NCBI GenBank assembly: GCA_033764315.1
Contig: JANRJA010000202.1
Coordinates: 1 to 34,477 of the forward strand
Direction of reading: 5' to 3'
Source: Oculatellaceae cyanobacterium bins.114
Lineage (GTDB): Bacteria; Cyanobacteriota; Cyanobacteriia; Elainellales; Elainellaceae
DNA length: 34,477 nt
A program made the translations under genes and the position numbers. This document shows, piece after piece, positions 17,538-27,090 of this stretch. The notes beneath the pieces were generated by a model. The model saw only the letters and a list, made by a program, of their open reading frames with translations, did not search any database and was not told the origin of the DNA. The first letter of the stretch is position 1. Each line of letters starts with the position of its first letter.

Positions 17538-17870
17538 CTAAGGTTTTGATAGGCGGTGACGTTGAATGGCTTGCCAAAAGCCAAGGGCAACCATGATGTT
17601 AGACAAGGTTAAAAAGACTTCGGCTCCACCGTGTAAGACATCGACATTGGCTAAGGCTTCACCATATACTCGCTCTGCATAAAGCCCAGCCGGAATTGTT
17701 ACGGCTACAAACACCAGGGTCATATAGAAGCCAAGCAACGCCAGTCGAGGAGTTTGTTGAGAGCGCGTCAAAAACCAAAGAAACCCCAGATAAGGAAAGA
17801 GAGATAAAGCAAAGAGGGTTTCTTTAGACGCCAGTAGTGCGACAGAGGGTAAGGCTGAGAGGTGCAGCAT
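17538..17870 (-). CDS. DUF3593 family membrane protein
   Basis: LFALSLFPYLGFLWFL, LVFVAVTIPAG and LANVDVLHGGAE.FLTLSN. Start uncertain. Confidence 0.85.
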   Translation of the reverse strand: MLHLSALPSVALLASKETLFALSLFPYLGFLWFLTRSQQTPRLALLGFYMTLVFVAVTIPAGLYAERVYGEALANVDVLHGGAEVFLTLSNIMVALGFWQAIQRHRLSKP

Positions 17871-17994
17871 AGGTTCGACAAATGGGGATAGAGGGTGGGT
17901 TTCCGGGTTCAAGAGTGGAGTTTAGAAACGGTAGTTACCTCATTTCAGGCTAGAAGCCAGGAACGAGAATTTGCCCAAGTTTAGCTATGTTGCC

Positions 17995-18342
17995 CTATTC
18001 GGGTTGTTTGAGGGAATTCGCATTTACTGAAGCGTTTTCTGATGGCTTGGCTTGAGCGGTTTGCCAGATCCACCAACCCGCTATGCAGAGGGTGATATTT
18101 CCGATCAGGGTCATAGCCGCTTGCAGGGTTGCTAGCCACTCTAAATCAGTGGCGTTATCAAAGAAATGCCAGGTGCAGGCACACATTGCGCTGACTAGAG
18201 CCGGTAACATGGCGATCGCCAGGGCTTGCCAAGCCCGATTGCCACTGACGTTGGCATAACTCCAAATCAGCCAGATCGCGACGACCCACTCAAGCACACT
18301 TGAGATATGAATCACCCAGGTTGGAATGGACAAAGCAGTCAT
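17995..18342 (-). CDS. DUF2499 (Ycf49-like) membrane protein
   Basis: ALSIPTWVIHISSVLEW, MLPALVSAMCACTWHFFDN and LQAAMTLIGN. Likely ATG at 18342. Confidence 0.88.
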   Translation of the reverse strand: MTALSIPTWVIHISSVLEWVVAIWLIWSYANVSGNRAWQALAIAMLPALVSAMCACTWHFFDNATDLEWLATLQAAMTLIGNITLCIAGWWIWQTAQAKPSENASVNANSLKQPE

Positions 18343-18552
18343 AACGTTTGGGATGAAAGGGTTGATTTTGAGGTTTGAGTTCACTTCGTGTCCGTTAAAT
18401 GCGAGACTCACTGCAATAGGGAACTCGCTGCCCAATAAAGCTCAAGCATTTATCACTCGATAGCGATATAAGTGTAATGGTTTTAGGGGCAGTGGGTACA
18501 GCCCCATCACCACCCGATCATTAACGCTCTAGAAGCACTCCATGACTCAAGT

Positions 18553-19605
18553 ATGAAACAAATGCGGGCAGTTTTATGTGGCTATTACGGCAAGGGCAAT
18601 GGTGGGGATGAAGCATTGCTAGCATCGTTGCTGCAACTTTTGCCCAGCCATATCACCCCACTCGTGTTATCGGGCAATCCAGCACAAACTGAAAGAGATC
18701 ATGGAGTTGAGGCGTGCGATCGCATGGCAATTGGGGCCGTGTTAAGTGCACTGCGGCGATCGGATGCTTTTATTTGGGGTGGGGGTAGCTTAATGCAAGA
18801 TGCTACCAGTGCCCTCAATCCGTTTTATTATGGCGGTTTAATGAAATTGGCTCAGTGGTTTGGGCTAAAAACGATTGCTTGGGGACAGGGGATTGGGCCT
18901 TTGCGTCGCCCAACCACGCGATGGCTCGCCCGTCAGACCTTTGCCAAATGCACAGCAGTCAGTGTGCGCGATCGCGCCTCAGCTACTTTATTGTCACGCT
19001 GGAACATTCCCTTTACCCTGGCTCCTGATCCGGTGTGGGCACTGCAATCAGAGCCAGTTCCTGGGTTATGGAATTTTCCTGCACCTCGGCTTGCGGTTTC
19101 ACTGCGGACTCATCCCCACTTAACGGCTACTCGATTAGAGGCGTTAACCCGTGCTCTGGTGTCGTTTCAAAAAGCAACTCAAACCTTTGTGTTACTGATT
19201 CCATTTCAGCCAGCCCAAGACCTGGCGATCGCGCAGCACATCCAGGCTCAATTGCCCAAGGTCAGTGAAATTTTGACGTTGACCAATCCACAGCAATTAA
19301 TGGGCGTTTTTAATGGGGTTGAAATGGCGATCGCCATGCGACTGCACGCTTTGATCATGGCCGCTGCTTCTGGATGTCGGTGCTTTGCATTGAGCTACGA
19401 TCCAAAAGTGAGCCAACTCATGGAAGAGATTGATCTGCCCGGTTGGACACTCGATCAAATGCCTTCTGACTCCAAACAGATCAGCCGCATCTGGTTAGAG
19501 CATTATGCCAATGGAGACGCATTATCAACAGAGCAAATTCACTCGCTGGTCGATCAGGCTCTCATGCACCAACAGGTGTTAAAAACGGCCTTAAACCCCA
19601 TCTAA
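18553..19605 (+). CDS. csaB: Polysaccharide pyruvyl transferase CsaB
   Basis: GYYG.GN.GDEA, GGGSLMQDATS, QGIGPL, VRD, DPV, MRLHALI and YDPKV motifs. Confidence 0.93.
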   Translation: MKQMRAVLCGYYGKGNGGDEALLASLLQLLPSHITPLVLSGNPAQTERDHGVEACDRMAIGAVLSALRRSDAFIWGGGSLMQDATSALNPFYYGGLMKLAQWFGLKTIAWGQGIGPLRRPTTRWLARQTFAKCTAVSVRDRASATLLSRWNIPFTLAPDPVWALQSEPVPGLWNFPAPRLAVSLRTHPHLTATRLEALTRALVSFQKATQTFVLLIPFQPAQDLAIAQHIQAQLPKVSEILTLTNPQQLMGVFNGVEMAIAMRLHALIMAAASGCRCFALSYDPKVSQLMEEIDLPGWTLDQMPSDSKQISRIWLEHYANGDALSTEQIHSLVDQALMHQQVLKTALNPI

Positions 19606-19944
19606 GGCTCAACTGAGATCAACCTAGTTTGAGTCCTACAGGGTTTGTATTGAACTCGCTTAAACTCAAGTAAGAGCACTACAGCCTGTTAAAATCACGA
19701 CTCTTTTTTAAAAACGTCAATTTTCACTGCAAAATGTGTTGTGAAATCCGTTTTTTGTGCTACTAAATTAAGTCATTAGATTGTTAAATATTTTTGTACT
19801 ACGGTCAGTTGTCAGACAACATCATTCCAAAGCTTCCTGTTATTTGGGATGTAGATTTGCAAAATAGAAAGTGTACTGGTGTGTGCAATTGATGGATTGG
19901 CAGATCAAGCTGCCCAGAGTTTTTTACCCTTTCGAGACAAAGCC

Positions 19945-21807
19945 ATGAGTGAAGCGACCAATTCCGACCACTATTCAGCGAAGCTAGATGCAACTGACTC
20001 TGCTGCGCCCGCATGGTTTGCCGATTGGGCAGATTTTTCCACCTCAACTGTGCCAGAGCCAGACGCTCAAGATGAGGGTGAGGGTGAGCCGACTACTGAC
20101 CTAGCCGATGTAACTCCAACCGAAGAGTGGACTGATTGGCAAACGGTTAACTTTCCCAATGCCATTAGTGCCGATGCGATCGATCGCCAATCTCTCTATA
20201 CCGATGCATCTCCCACTCATCCCCCCCAGACGGCCTCTGCCCCCTCAATTGTTCTACCCCATTGGGGGCGATCAAAGCCAACACCACCTGTCTCTCAGGC
20301 TCCTAGTCCAACTCCTATTTCCCCCACTCCCGTGACTCCTCCTGTGATTCGTCCTGCTTTGACTCAGCCCACCCCAATTCAAGCTCCTCCGGCTCAACCG
20401 TCGGCTGATCAGCCCAATGTCGCTGATTTGATGAGCTTGATTCAAGAATTAAATCAGTGCAATAGTGCCCTGATCGATCGCGTGTCTCAGTTAGAAGATG
20501 CGTTGGATCGGAGTGAAACCGCACTGCAAGCTGAAATTGGGCGATCGCAAGAACAGGTTCTGGTAGATCCTCAAGAGTTGGCGACGGCTCATGAACAGTT
20601 GGCCGCCGCTCATGAACAGGTGACACAACTGATGCATCAGTTAGAGTTTGCCCATCAAACTCAACAGCGACAGCAGATTTTAGTAGAGACGCTGACTACT
20701 CAACTCGAAAATAGTCAAGAGCGTGTCGCCCAGCTAGAGCGAGATTGTGCTGCGTTGCAACAGCAGTCTAATGAACAGGCGATCGCCCTGACTCAAAGCG
20801 AACACACCAGTCGAGATTTGTATGCGCGTCTGCATCGCCAGCAGCGTTATACCCTGCAATACAAAGCGGCTCTAGAAAAGTGTTTAGAGGTGCCGCCTCC
20901 CAATTATGAATCTGGAGCAGACAGTGGAGCCGCGGCTGTCTTTCAGGCTGGATACGACTTGCACCATCTCGCTCCGCAATCTCTCTTACCCAAGGTGCAG
21001 CGCATTCAACCCTGGTCTTCGCCATCGCGATCGCTGACGGGCAAGTTAGAAGCCTTAGTGAATAGCCCACTCGAAAATCCTTTACCTGGGTTAGAGCTGC
21101 CCCACGAAAAATCTGTCGCAGGTCAAGGCGTGGGCATCGGAGAACAGGAGACGGTTGCTGCTCAACCCCTAAATACCACTGATGAAACGGTTGATCTGAC
21201 TGAGGATGAAGCCATTGAGTCGGCCCTGTTAAATGCAGCAGTGCAACCCTTGACAGACCTGTCGCCCGAAGCGATTCAAGCGGGTCTAGATGAGTTGCAG
21301 TCAGTCATTGATGATTTCTTAAGCGGTAAATCAGATGCGCCAAGCGATACAGAAATTGCTTTGTGGCAAGACCTGGCACGCCTGATTGAAGTCTCTACTG
21401 ATGATGTGATTAAAGCCAGTGCAGCTCAAAACTTTGAAAGCTTCACAGAAGACGCGTCTGACCTGACAGCATCGGTTATGGATGACCTGACAGACTCATC
21501 CCCTTTGACCCAGGTGCCACCGGATTTATCTCAACAGAAAATTCCCCCAGCGGGCATTCCAGCTTTATCTCAACAAAAAATTCCTCCGGCGACCATTCCG
21601 GCTCAACCTGCTGCTCATTTGAAGCTGCCCATGAGTGCGATCGCTGCCAAAATTGCGGCTCATGCCAATGCCTCCAAAGATGGGGCAATGGCGTCTGCTC
21701 AAGCAGGTGGGCCATCGCCTCTGGTTTATCCACTGCGACCCTCGAAAAAACTGTCTTCTCTAGCCGCCGTGGATCTGCCCACGTTTCCTCGCAAGAGTGA
21801 GAATTAA
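19945..21807 (+). CDS. Hypothetical coiled-coil, low-complexity protein
   Basis: Acidic and Pro-rich N-terminus, a long Gln/Glu/Leu heptad region ending RQQRYTLQYKAALEKCLE, and C-terminal PSPLVYPLRP..K..SLAAVDLP. Likely ATG at 19945. Confidence 0.8.
   Translation: MSEATNSDHYSAKLDATDSAAPAWFADWADFSTSTVPEPDAQDEGEGEPTTDLADVTPTEEWTDWQTVNFPNAISADAIDRQSLYTDASPTHPPQTASAPSIVLPHWGRSKPTPPVSQAPSPTPISPTPVTPPVIRPALTQPTPIQAPPAQPSADQPNVADLMSLIQELNQCNSALIDRVSQLEDALDRSETALQAEIGRSQEQVLVDPQELATAHEQLAAAHEQVTQLMHQLEFAHQTQQRQQILVETLTTQLENSQERVAQLERDCAALQQQSNEQAIALTQSEHTSRDLYARLHRQQRYTLQYKAALEKCLEVPPPNYESGADSGAAAVFQAGYDLHHLAPQSLLPKVQRIQPWSSPSRSLTGKLEALVNSPLENPLPGLELPHEKSVAGQGVGIGEQETVAAQPLNTTDETVDLTEDEAIESALLNAAVQPLTDLSPEAIQAGLDELQSVIDDFLSGKSDAPSDTEIALWQDLARLIEVSTDDVIKASAAQNFESFTEDASDLTASVMDDLTDSSPLTQVPPDLSQQKIPPAGIPALSQQKIPPATIPAQPAAHLKLPMSAIAAKIAAHANASKDGAMASAQAGGPSPLVYPLRPSKKLSSLAAVDLPTFPRKSEN
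21526..21603 (+). repeat. In-frame 39-bp tandem duplication
   Basis: Encodes LSQQKIPPAGIPA then LSQQKIPPATIPA. Confidence 0.9.
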
Positions 21808-21808
21808 C

Positions 21809-22591
21809 CTAACTTGACGCACTGGTATAAAACCGTAGGGCAAAGTTCCAAAATAAACGCGAGGTATAGAGAAGGGCGATCGCCAGTACTGCTGCGCCGA
21901 CCACCCAGGTAGCATCGCCGCGTTGCAGCAGTGTTTCAGCAGGAACGGTCGTTAAGAACGTAACAGGAATCACAAAGGTAAAAAAGAAGCGGTAGGCAGC
22001 CGGATAGGCCACGATCGGAAAGCGACCCGCTTCGACTAAACCGCGTAGAACCTCAGTGACGTTATAGATTTTGACGAACCAAATGCTCGTTGCTCCTAAC
22101 ATAAACCAGAGGCTATAGAGGCTCAACAACCCAAACGCTAAGGGCACAATTCCCGCTAGATAAGCAGTGGGTTGTAATTGCAATCGTGTGCCTGCATAGA
22201 CAATGACGATGAGCCCAAACAGAACATCAGGCAAGCCCCACGGCGAGACAACGCGAGTAGACAGCCAAAACTGAGAATTAATTGGTTTCAGTAAGACAAA
22301 ATCGAGGGTGCCTTGTTGCACATGTTTGACGATGTGGCTCAGGTTGGGGGCTAGAAACATGGTTGAAAACCCCTGAAGCATTGTAAAAATGCCCAGTACA
22401 ATTAACGCTTCTTCCCAACTCCAATTTTCAAAGGTATAGCTGCCTTGATAAAACAAAAACAGCCCAAACAAGCTGCCTGCAAGACTACACAAACTGCTCA
22501 AGGTGGCAATCACGAAGTTGAGGCGATATTCTAACTCAGCCGCGATCGCCGTTCCCCAAAATAACTGCAACACCCGAAGATAACGGCTCAT
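21809..22591 (-). CDS. ABC-2 type permease (DUF990 / ABC2_membrane_6-like)
   Basis: EYRLNF, G.LDFVLLKP, GRFP..AYP and F.T.VPA motifs; about 6 TM segments. Confidence 0.88.
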   Translation of the reverse strand: MSRYLRVLQLFWGTAIAAELEYRLNFVIATLSSLCSLAGSLFGLFLFYQGSYTFENWSWEEALIVLGIFTMLQGFSTMFLAPNLSHIVKHVQQGTLDFVLLKPINSQFWLSTRVVSPWGLPDVLFGLIVIVYAGTRLQLQPTAYLAGIVPLAFGLLSLYSLWFMLGATSIWFVKIYNVTEVLRGLVEAGRFPIVAYPAAYRFFFTFVIPVTFLTTVPAETLLQRGDATWVVGAAVLAIALLYTSRLFWNFALRFYTSASS

Positions 22592-23634
22592 GGAGTCATG
22601 GCTACCTTAATCACTTTGCGATCGCGCATGTCACAAAACACTTGCTCTAACGATTTCAGAGGTTGGTAATCGCTGATCAACTGTTCAAAGGGCAACGCAC
22701 GACTTGCTAATAACGCTAACGCATCTCGCACATGATGGGGGGTGCTATGAAACACGCCCTTGAGGGTTAACTCACTGTAGTGCAACTGTTCGGTGCTGAC
22801 GGTAATGGTCGTGTCACGCGGGCATCCACCAAACAGATTGACCGTGGCTCCTGGACGAGCACAGGCGATCGCCGTTTCCCAAACGGTGGGTGATCCCGTT
22901 GCCTCAATCACGACATCTGCCCCCCAACCGTCAGTCAAGTCACGCACGACCTGGGGCATATCCGTGATCTGATGATGACGAAAGGTGTGGGTTGCGCCAA
23001 ACTGTTCCCCCACTTGGAGCCGCTGAGGATTGCCACCAAATAAGAAGATGGCACTGGGTTTGCCGTTGGGGTGTCCATAGCCGATCGCCAAAGCCCCTAC
23101 CATCATCAACCCGATCGCCCCATCACCAATCACGACGACGCGATCGCCTGGTTTGACATGGGAGCGGGCTACCCCATGCAACACACAAGCTAGCGGTTCA
23201 GTCATGGCCGCGATCGCATCTGGTAGTCCTGCTGGAATGGGCAACAAATTGTGCTGCACAATCGGGGCTGGAATCTTGAGAAATTCGGCAAACGTGCCGT
23301 TGTTAAAACTAAGATCGGTGCAGAGTGAGTATTCCTGTTTTTGGCAAAAAAAGCAGGTCATGCAGGGAGCTGAATTATTGGCAACCACGCGATCGCCCAC
23401 TTGCCACCCCGTCACTCCTTTACCCAATGCCACGATTTGCCCTGCTGCTTCATGCCCAAATAGCGTGGGTGGCTTGAGCATCTTGGCATGGCCGCCGCGT
23501 CGCCAAACCTTGAGGTCTGTGCCACAGGTGGTCGCTGCATTTACTCGAATCACGATCTCACCCGCTGCTGGAATCGGTTCTTCGACCTGTTCCAACCGAA
23601 GATCTTCTTGTCCATACAGTACTGCTGCCAGCAC
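22588..23634 (-). CDS. Zn-dependent medium-chain dehydrogenase (sorbitol/threonine dehydrogenase-like)
   Basis: CGTD, GHE, C..C..C.......C structural Zn site, EPLAC and GDGAIG Rossmann motif. GTG start. Confidence 0.92.
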   Translation of the reverse strand: MLAAVLYGQEDLRLEQVEEPIPAAGEIVIRVNAATTCGTDLKVWRRGGHAKMLKPPTLFGHEAAGQIVALGKGVTGWQVGDRVVANNSAPCMTCFFCQKQEYSLCTDLSFNNGTFAEFLKIPAPIVQHNLLPIPAGLPDAIAAMTEPLACVLHGVARSHVKPGDRVVVIGDGAIGLMMVGALAIGYGHPNGKPSAIFLFGGNPQRLQVGEQFGATHTFRHHQITDMPQVVRDLTDGWGADVVIEATGSPTVWETAIACARPGATVNLFGGCPRDTTITVSTEQLHYSELTLKGVFHSTPHHVRDALALLASRALPFEQLISDYQPLKSLEQVFCDMRDRKVIKVAMTP

Positions 23635-23727
23635 GCTTTACCATCCTGCATTTATGATCTTCCCAATTCTACAAGAGGCATAGGGTCGGAAGAGACGTCA
23701 TTAATCGCGTTTGTCTGACAGAAGGGG

Positions 23728-24939
23728 TTAAGAGAGGAGAGGTTTTGCCGGAGATAAAAATCGACCCGTAGCAAACACACAGAGGGTCGCTATAAAAAAG
23801 GCGATCGCTGCTGATAGAGCTGCCCCGCCAACATTTAATTGCTGTAATTGACTAAAGAAAACTCCGAAGATGCAAGTTGCAGCGGCTCCTCCTCCCAAAT
23901 ACATCCCAGTGCCCAGACCCGCTTTAGCCGGGGGCACCAGAGATAACACCAATGGAAAGGCACTATTTGCCATCAAGCTGAGCGTCACAACCAGGCTTAC
24001 AACGCATCCTGTCAGTGCCCATTGAGTTGAAGAAAAAACCATCAATTGCAGCAGCACCATCGTCAAAATCAAACTCAGGAAAACAACCCGTCGATTGCCT
24101 AACTGGCTTGCCAAGAATCCTGCTGGAACGGCTAACACTGCCAACCCCACCGCCACCCAAAACATGACCATTCCAACATCTAGGTCAGGCAAACGGGTTT
24201 GAAAGACCTTCACAAAAGTATCCATTACAAAGCGGATGCCCCACCCGATTGAGACTCCTAAACCTGCTGCCAAAACCAGAGCTGAAATCGTCAATCGAGG
24301 GGATTCAGGAGCAGCAGATGGGGCGGTGGGCAGAGGGGGATCAACCAGGCGCAATGCTGTTGCCGATCCCAGCAAGACGATTGACCCGATGGTGAAGGTA
24401 GCCGTCGGCCCCAAACTCAGAATAGATTGATTGGCAATCGGTCGGGCAGTGCCAATTAAGCCGGAGGTGAGCACGAGGAGACTGTTGGCAATGGGTAATT
24501 GGGGAACACTGGAGTAGGTTCGCAATAACGACAATACTGGGCTGTGAAAAATGGTCATCGCCACAGACCAAGTCACCAATACTGCAACGACAACCCAACG
24601 AGCCACTTGTTCGGGATTGCCAAATAGCCCAATCAAGGGAATTGCAATAAATAGGGCTGAGGCAGCAACCACCCCAACGGCGATCGCCGGAAAGCGAGAA
24701 CCAACCCACCTTAACGATCGATCTGAGATGCCACCCATGATGGGTTCAATCACGACAGCTAAGCCATTCTCAACTGCCACCAGGGCGATCGCCACTTCGA
24801 TCGACATGCCAAACTGTGCCAGCAACTGTGGCAGATATAGCCCATAGATCACCCACATTAGGGCGATCGCACTTTGCACCGCCGTTAAGCCCAACACCTG
24901 CTTCCATAAAATTGGTGCCTGAGGCGGAGACGTGCTCAT
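23728..24939 (-). CDS. MFS transporter
   Basis: About 12 hydrophobic helices; MFS motif-A-like GGISDR and GFLASQLGNRR. Confidence 0.88.
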   Translation of the reverse strand: MSTSPPQAPILWKQVLGLTAVQSAIALMWVIYGLYLPQLLAQFGMSIEVAIALVAVENGLAVVIEPIMGGISDRSLRWVGSRFPAIAVGVVAASALFIAIPLIGLFGNPEQVARWVVVAVLVTWSVAMTIFHSPVLSLLRTYSSVPQLPIANSLLVLTSGLIGTARPIANQSILSLGPTATFTIGSIVLLGSATALRLVDPPLPTAPSAAPESPRLTISALVLAAGLGVSIGWGIRFVMDTFVKVFQTRLPDLDVGMVMFWVAVGLAVLAVPAGFLASQLGNRRVVFLSLILTMVLLQLMVFSSTQWALTGCVVSLVVTLSLMANSAFPLVLSLVPPAKAGLGTGMYLGGGAAATCIFGVFFSQLQQLNVGGAALSAAIAFFIATLCVFATGRFLSPAKPLLS

Positions 24940-25088
24940 AGGCGAATGACCTCAAAAAGGGGTACTGGTTTGTCGTCAGCCACCGTCCTGTGAGTTAGGC
25001 ATCGGCGCGAAACTCCTGCACCCCGTCCTAACTAACCCTTCAGTTGCTAAAAACAAGCTGAAATTTTGAAATTCAATGTTGCAACTTT

Positions 25089-25137
25089 GTGGGATGGGTC
25101 TCACGCCCGCCTGAGCGGGTAGAAACAGCCACCCCAC
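25089..25137. repeat. Imperfect palindromic REP-like element downstream of moeB
   Basis: Outer GTGGGATGG / CCACCCCAC and inner GCCCGC-ctga-GCGGGT. Confidence 0.55.
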
Positions 25138-25157
25138 CTTGAGTTAATCCGTGATCC

Positions 25158-26330
25158 TTAGTATTCAGGAACCGAGGGATCAATCTCACGACTCCAAGCG
25201 AGAATACCACCGACGACATTACTGCCCTCAATGCCTGCATCCTTTAGAGCCGCCAGAGCTTTAGCAGAACGTACACCCGACTTACAGTGCACCACCAATC
25301 GATGTCCATTGACCAGTTCCTTTACTTTAGTCACCCCGTCTCCGTTCTCAATCTCAGAGAGTGGGATCAAGACTGATCCTGGGATCTGGGCAATCTCATA
25401 TTCATGGGGATTGCGAACATCTAAGAGCACAAAGTCATCGGCACCACTATCCAGCAGTTGCTTCAGCTCTTTCACAGAAATTTCCGTCATGCCTGCCTTT
25501 TGTTGTTCTTCTTCTGCTTTTGCTTGTGGAATGCCACAAAACTCTTCGTAGTCAATCAGCTTCTCAATCACAGGACGTTCTGGATTGGGACGCAATTTGA
25601 GTTCACGGAAGGTCATGTTGAGCGCGTTATAAAGCAACAACCGACCACTCAACGTCATACCCTGCCTGAGGATGATTTTGACTGTTTCGGTTGCTTGAAT
25701 CACCCCAATCACCCCTGGCAAAATGCCCAATACGCCACCTTCAGCGCAAGAGGGCACCAGTCCTGGTGGTGGGGGTTCGGGATACAGGTCACGGTAGTTG
25801 GGGCCGCCTTCGTAATTAAATACGGTTGCCTGCCCTTCAAACCGGAAGATAGACCCATAGACATTGGGTTTGTCAAGCAACACACAGGCATCATTCACCA
25901 GATAACGAGTGGGAAAGTTATCGGTGCCATCCACCACGACATCATAAGGTTTAACGATATCTAGCGCATTTTCAGCACTGAGCCGAGTTTCATATAAATC
26001 AACCTGACAGTTGGGGTTGATTTCTAAAATTCGGTCTTTGGCAGAGTTGATTTTGGGTTTGCCCACCCAAGACGTGCCGTGAATCACCTGACGCTGAAGG
26101 TTGGAACTATCCACCACATCAAAGTCAACGATACCGATTCGCCCGATGCCAGCGGCGGCTAAATACAGCAATAACGGTGAGCCTAACCCGCCCGTACCAA
26201 TACAAAGGACACTGGCTGCCTTGAGGCGTTTTTGTCCTTCTAGCCCGACCTCCGGCAAGATGAGGTGGCGGGAATAGCGTTCATATTCTTCTCGACTGAG
26301 CTGGATTTCATCCAGATTGGGATCTAGCAT
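25158..26330 (-). CDS. moeB: MoeB/MoeZ-type sulfur-carrier adenylyltransferase with C-terminal rhodanese domain
   Basis: RYSRHL, GTGGLG, SNLQRQ, DGTDNF, PSCAEGGVLG and rhodanese DVR..E...CKSGVRS. Likely ATG at 26330. Confidence 0.95.
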   Translation of the reverse strand: MLDPNLDEIQLSREEYERYSRHLILPEVGLEGQKRLKAASVLCIGTGGLGSPLLLYLAAAGIGRIGIVDFDVVDSSNLQRQVIHGTSWVGKPKINSAKDRILEINPNCQVDLYETRLSAENALDIVKPYDVVVDGTDNFPTRYLVNDACVLLDKPNVYGSIFRFEGQATVFNYEGGPNYRDLYPEPPPPGLVPSCAEGGVLGILPGVIGVIQATETVKIILRQGMTLSGRLLLYNALNMTFRELKLRPNPERPVIEKLIDYEEFCGIPQAKAEEEQQKAGMTEISVKELKQLLDSGADDFVLLDVRNPHEYEIAQIPGSVLIPLSEIENGDGVTKVKELVNGHRLVVHCKSGVRSAKALAALKDAGIEGSNVVGGILAWSREIDPSVPEY

Positions 26331-26412
26331 GGCAATTTTCAAAGGTAATTGAGTCAGGATGCGTAACATCAATCAGCTCTAGAAGAACTGCCCTAGAGGT
26401 GAGGGGGTAGGG

Positions 26413-26892
26413 CTAGTGGCTGTTGAGAATCGTTTCAGGTTGAAACTGGTGAGTTGGGTCTAACCTCCAGGATAGTAAATTTTGAGCACAGCCCTGACAT
26501 ACGGAAACAATCAGATACGAGTAGTCTGACCACGCCAACACGCGATCGCACTCTGAGGGCACAGCGGCATGATCAGGATGGGAGTGATAGATACCAATAA
26601 TTGTCAGGTGGCGATCGCGGGCATAGCGTTGACCCGCCAACATTTGTTTGGGATCAATCCAGTAGCGACGAGATTTGCTCAACGACCCATGCTCTGACTT
26701 TGAGTCAGATAGCTCACGAGCAACCTCATCGCTCCATGCATTTTGGGTTTGCCAGACTTCAACCACAATGCGGGTATCAGGCTCATCCGGCAGCCCCTGC
26801 CCCAACAACAAACCGCAGCACTCATCAGGGTAAGTCCCTTCAGCATGGGCTTGAATCTGTTGTAAATGGTCAGAGGTGAGTCTCAGTACCAC
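26413..26892 (-). CDS. M67 family JAB/JAMM metallopeptidase (Mec+-like)
   Basis: YPDECCGLL and YHSHPDHAAVPSECD (E...HxHx7Sx2D). Confidence 0.93.
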   Translation of the reverse strand: MVLRLTSDHLQQIQAHAEGTYPDECCGLLLGQGLPDEPDTRIVVEVWQTQNAWSDEVARELSDSKSEHGSLSKSRRYWIDPKQMLAGQRYARDRHLTIIGIYHSHPDHAAVPSECDRVLAWSDYSYLIVSVCQGCAQNLLSWRLDPTHQFQPETILNSH

Positions 26893-27090
26893 AAGCGGTT
26901 GAGCATTTTAAATTCCAGCCTTTTATCTTACCGTCAGTCAGACAACGGGGTAAAGTTCATTTTAGGAGTGGGGTGCTGAGTGCTGAGCCACTCAATATAT
27001 GGGTCAATCGTTAACTCATTACCCGTTACCCGTCACTTCTTTACCTGATTGACTCCTCCACTCTGGTTGCCTTTTGTTTTCAGCGGTGTT

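Noticed and set aside
17871..17994. Possible read-through fusion of DUF2499 and DUF3593
   Set aside because: The two ORFs are in different frames and 124 nt apart, and each looks intact.
23153..23683. 176-aa + strand ORF
   Set aside because: Antisense shadow of the Zn-dehydrogenase with no recognisable motifs.
25458..25964. 168-aa + strand ORF (and 25231..25551)
   Set aside because: Antisense to moeB, which explains the open frames.
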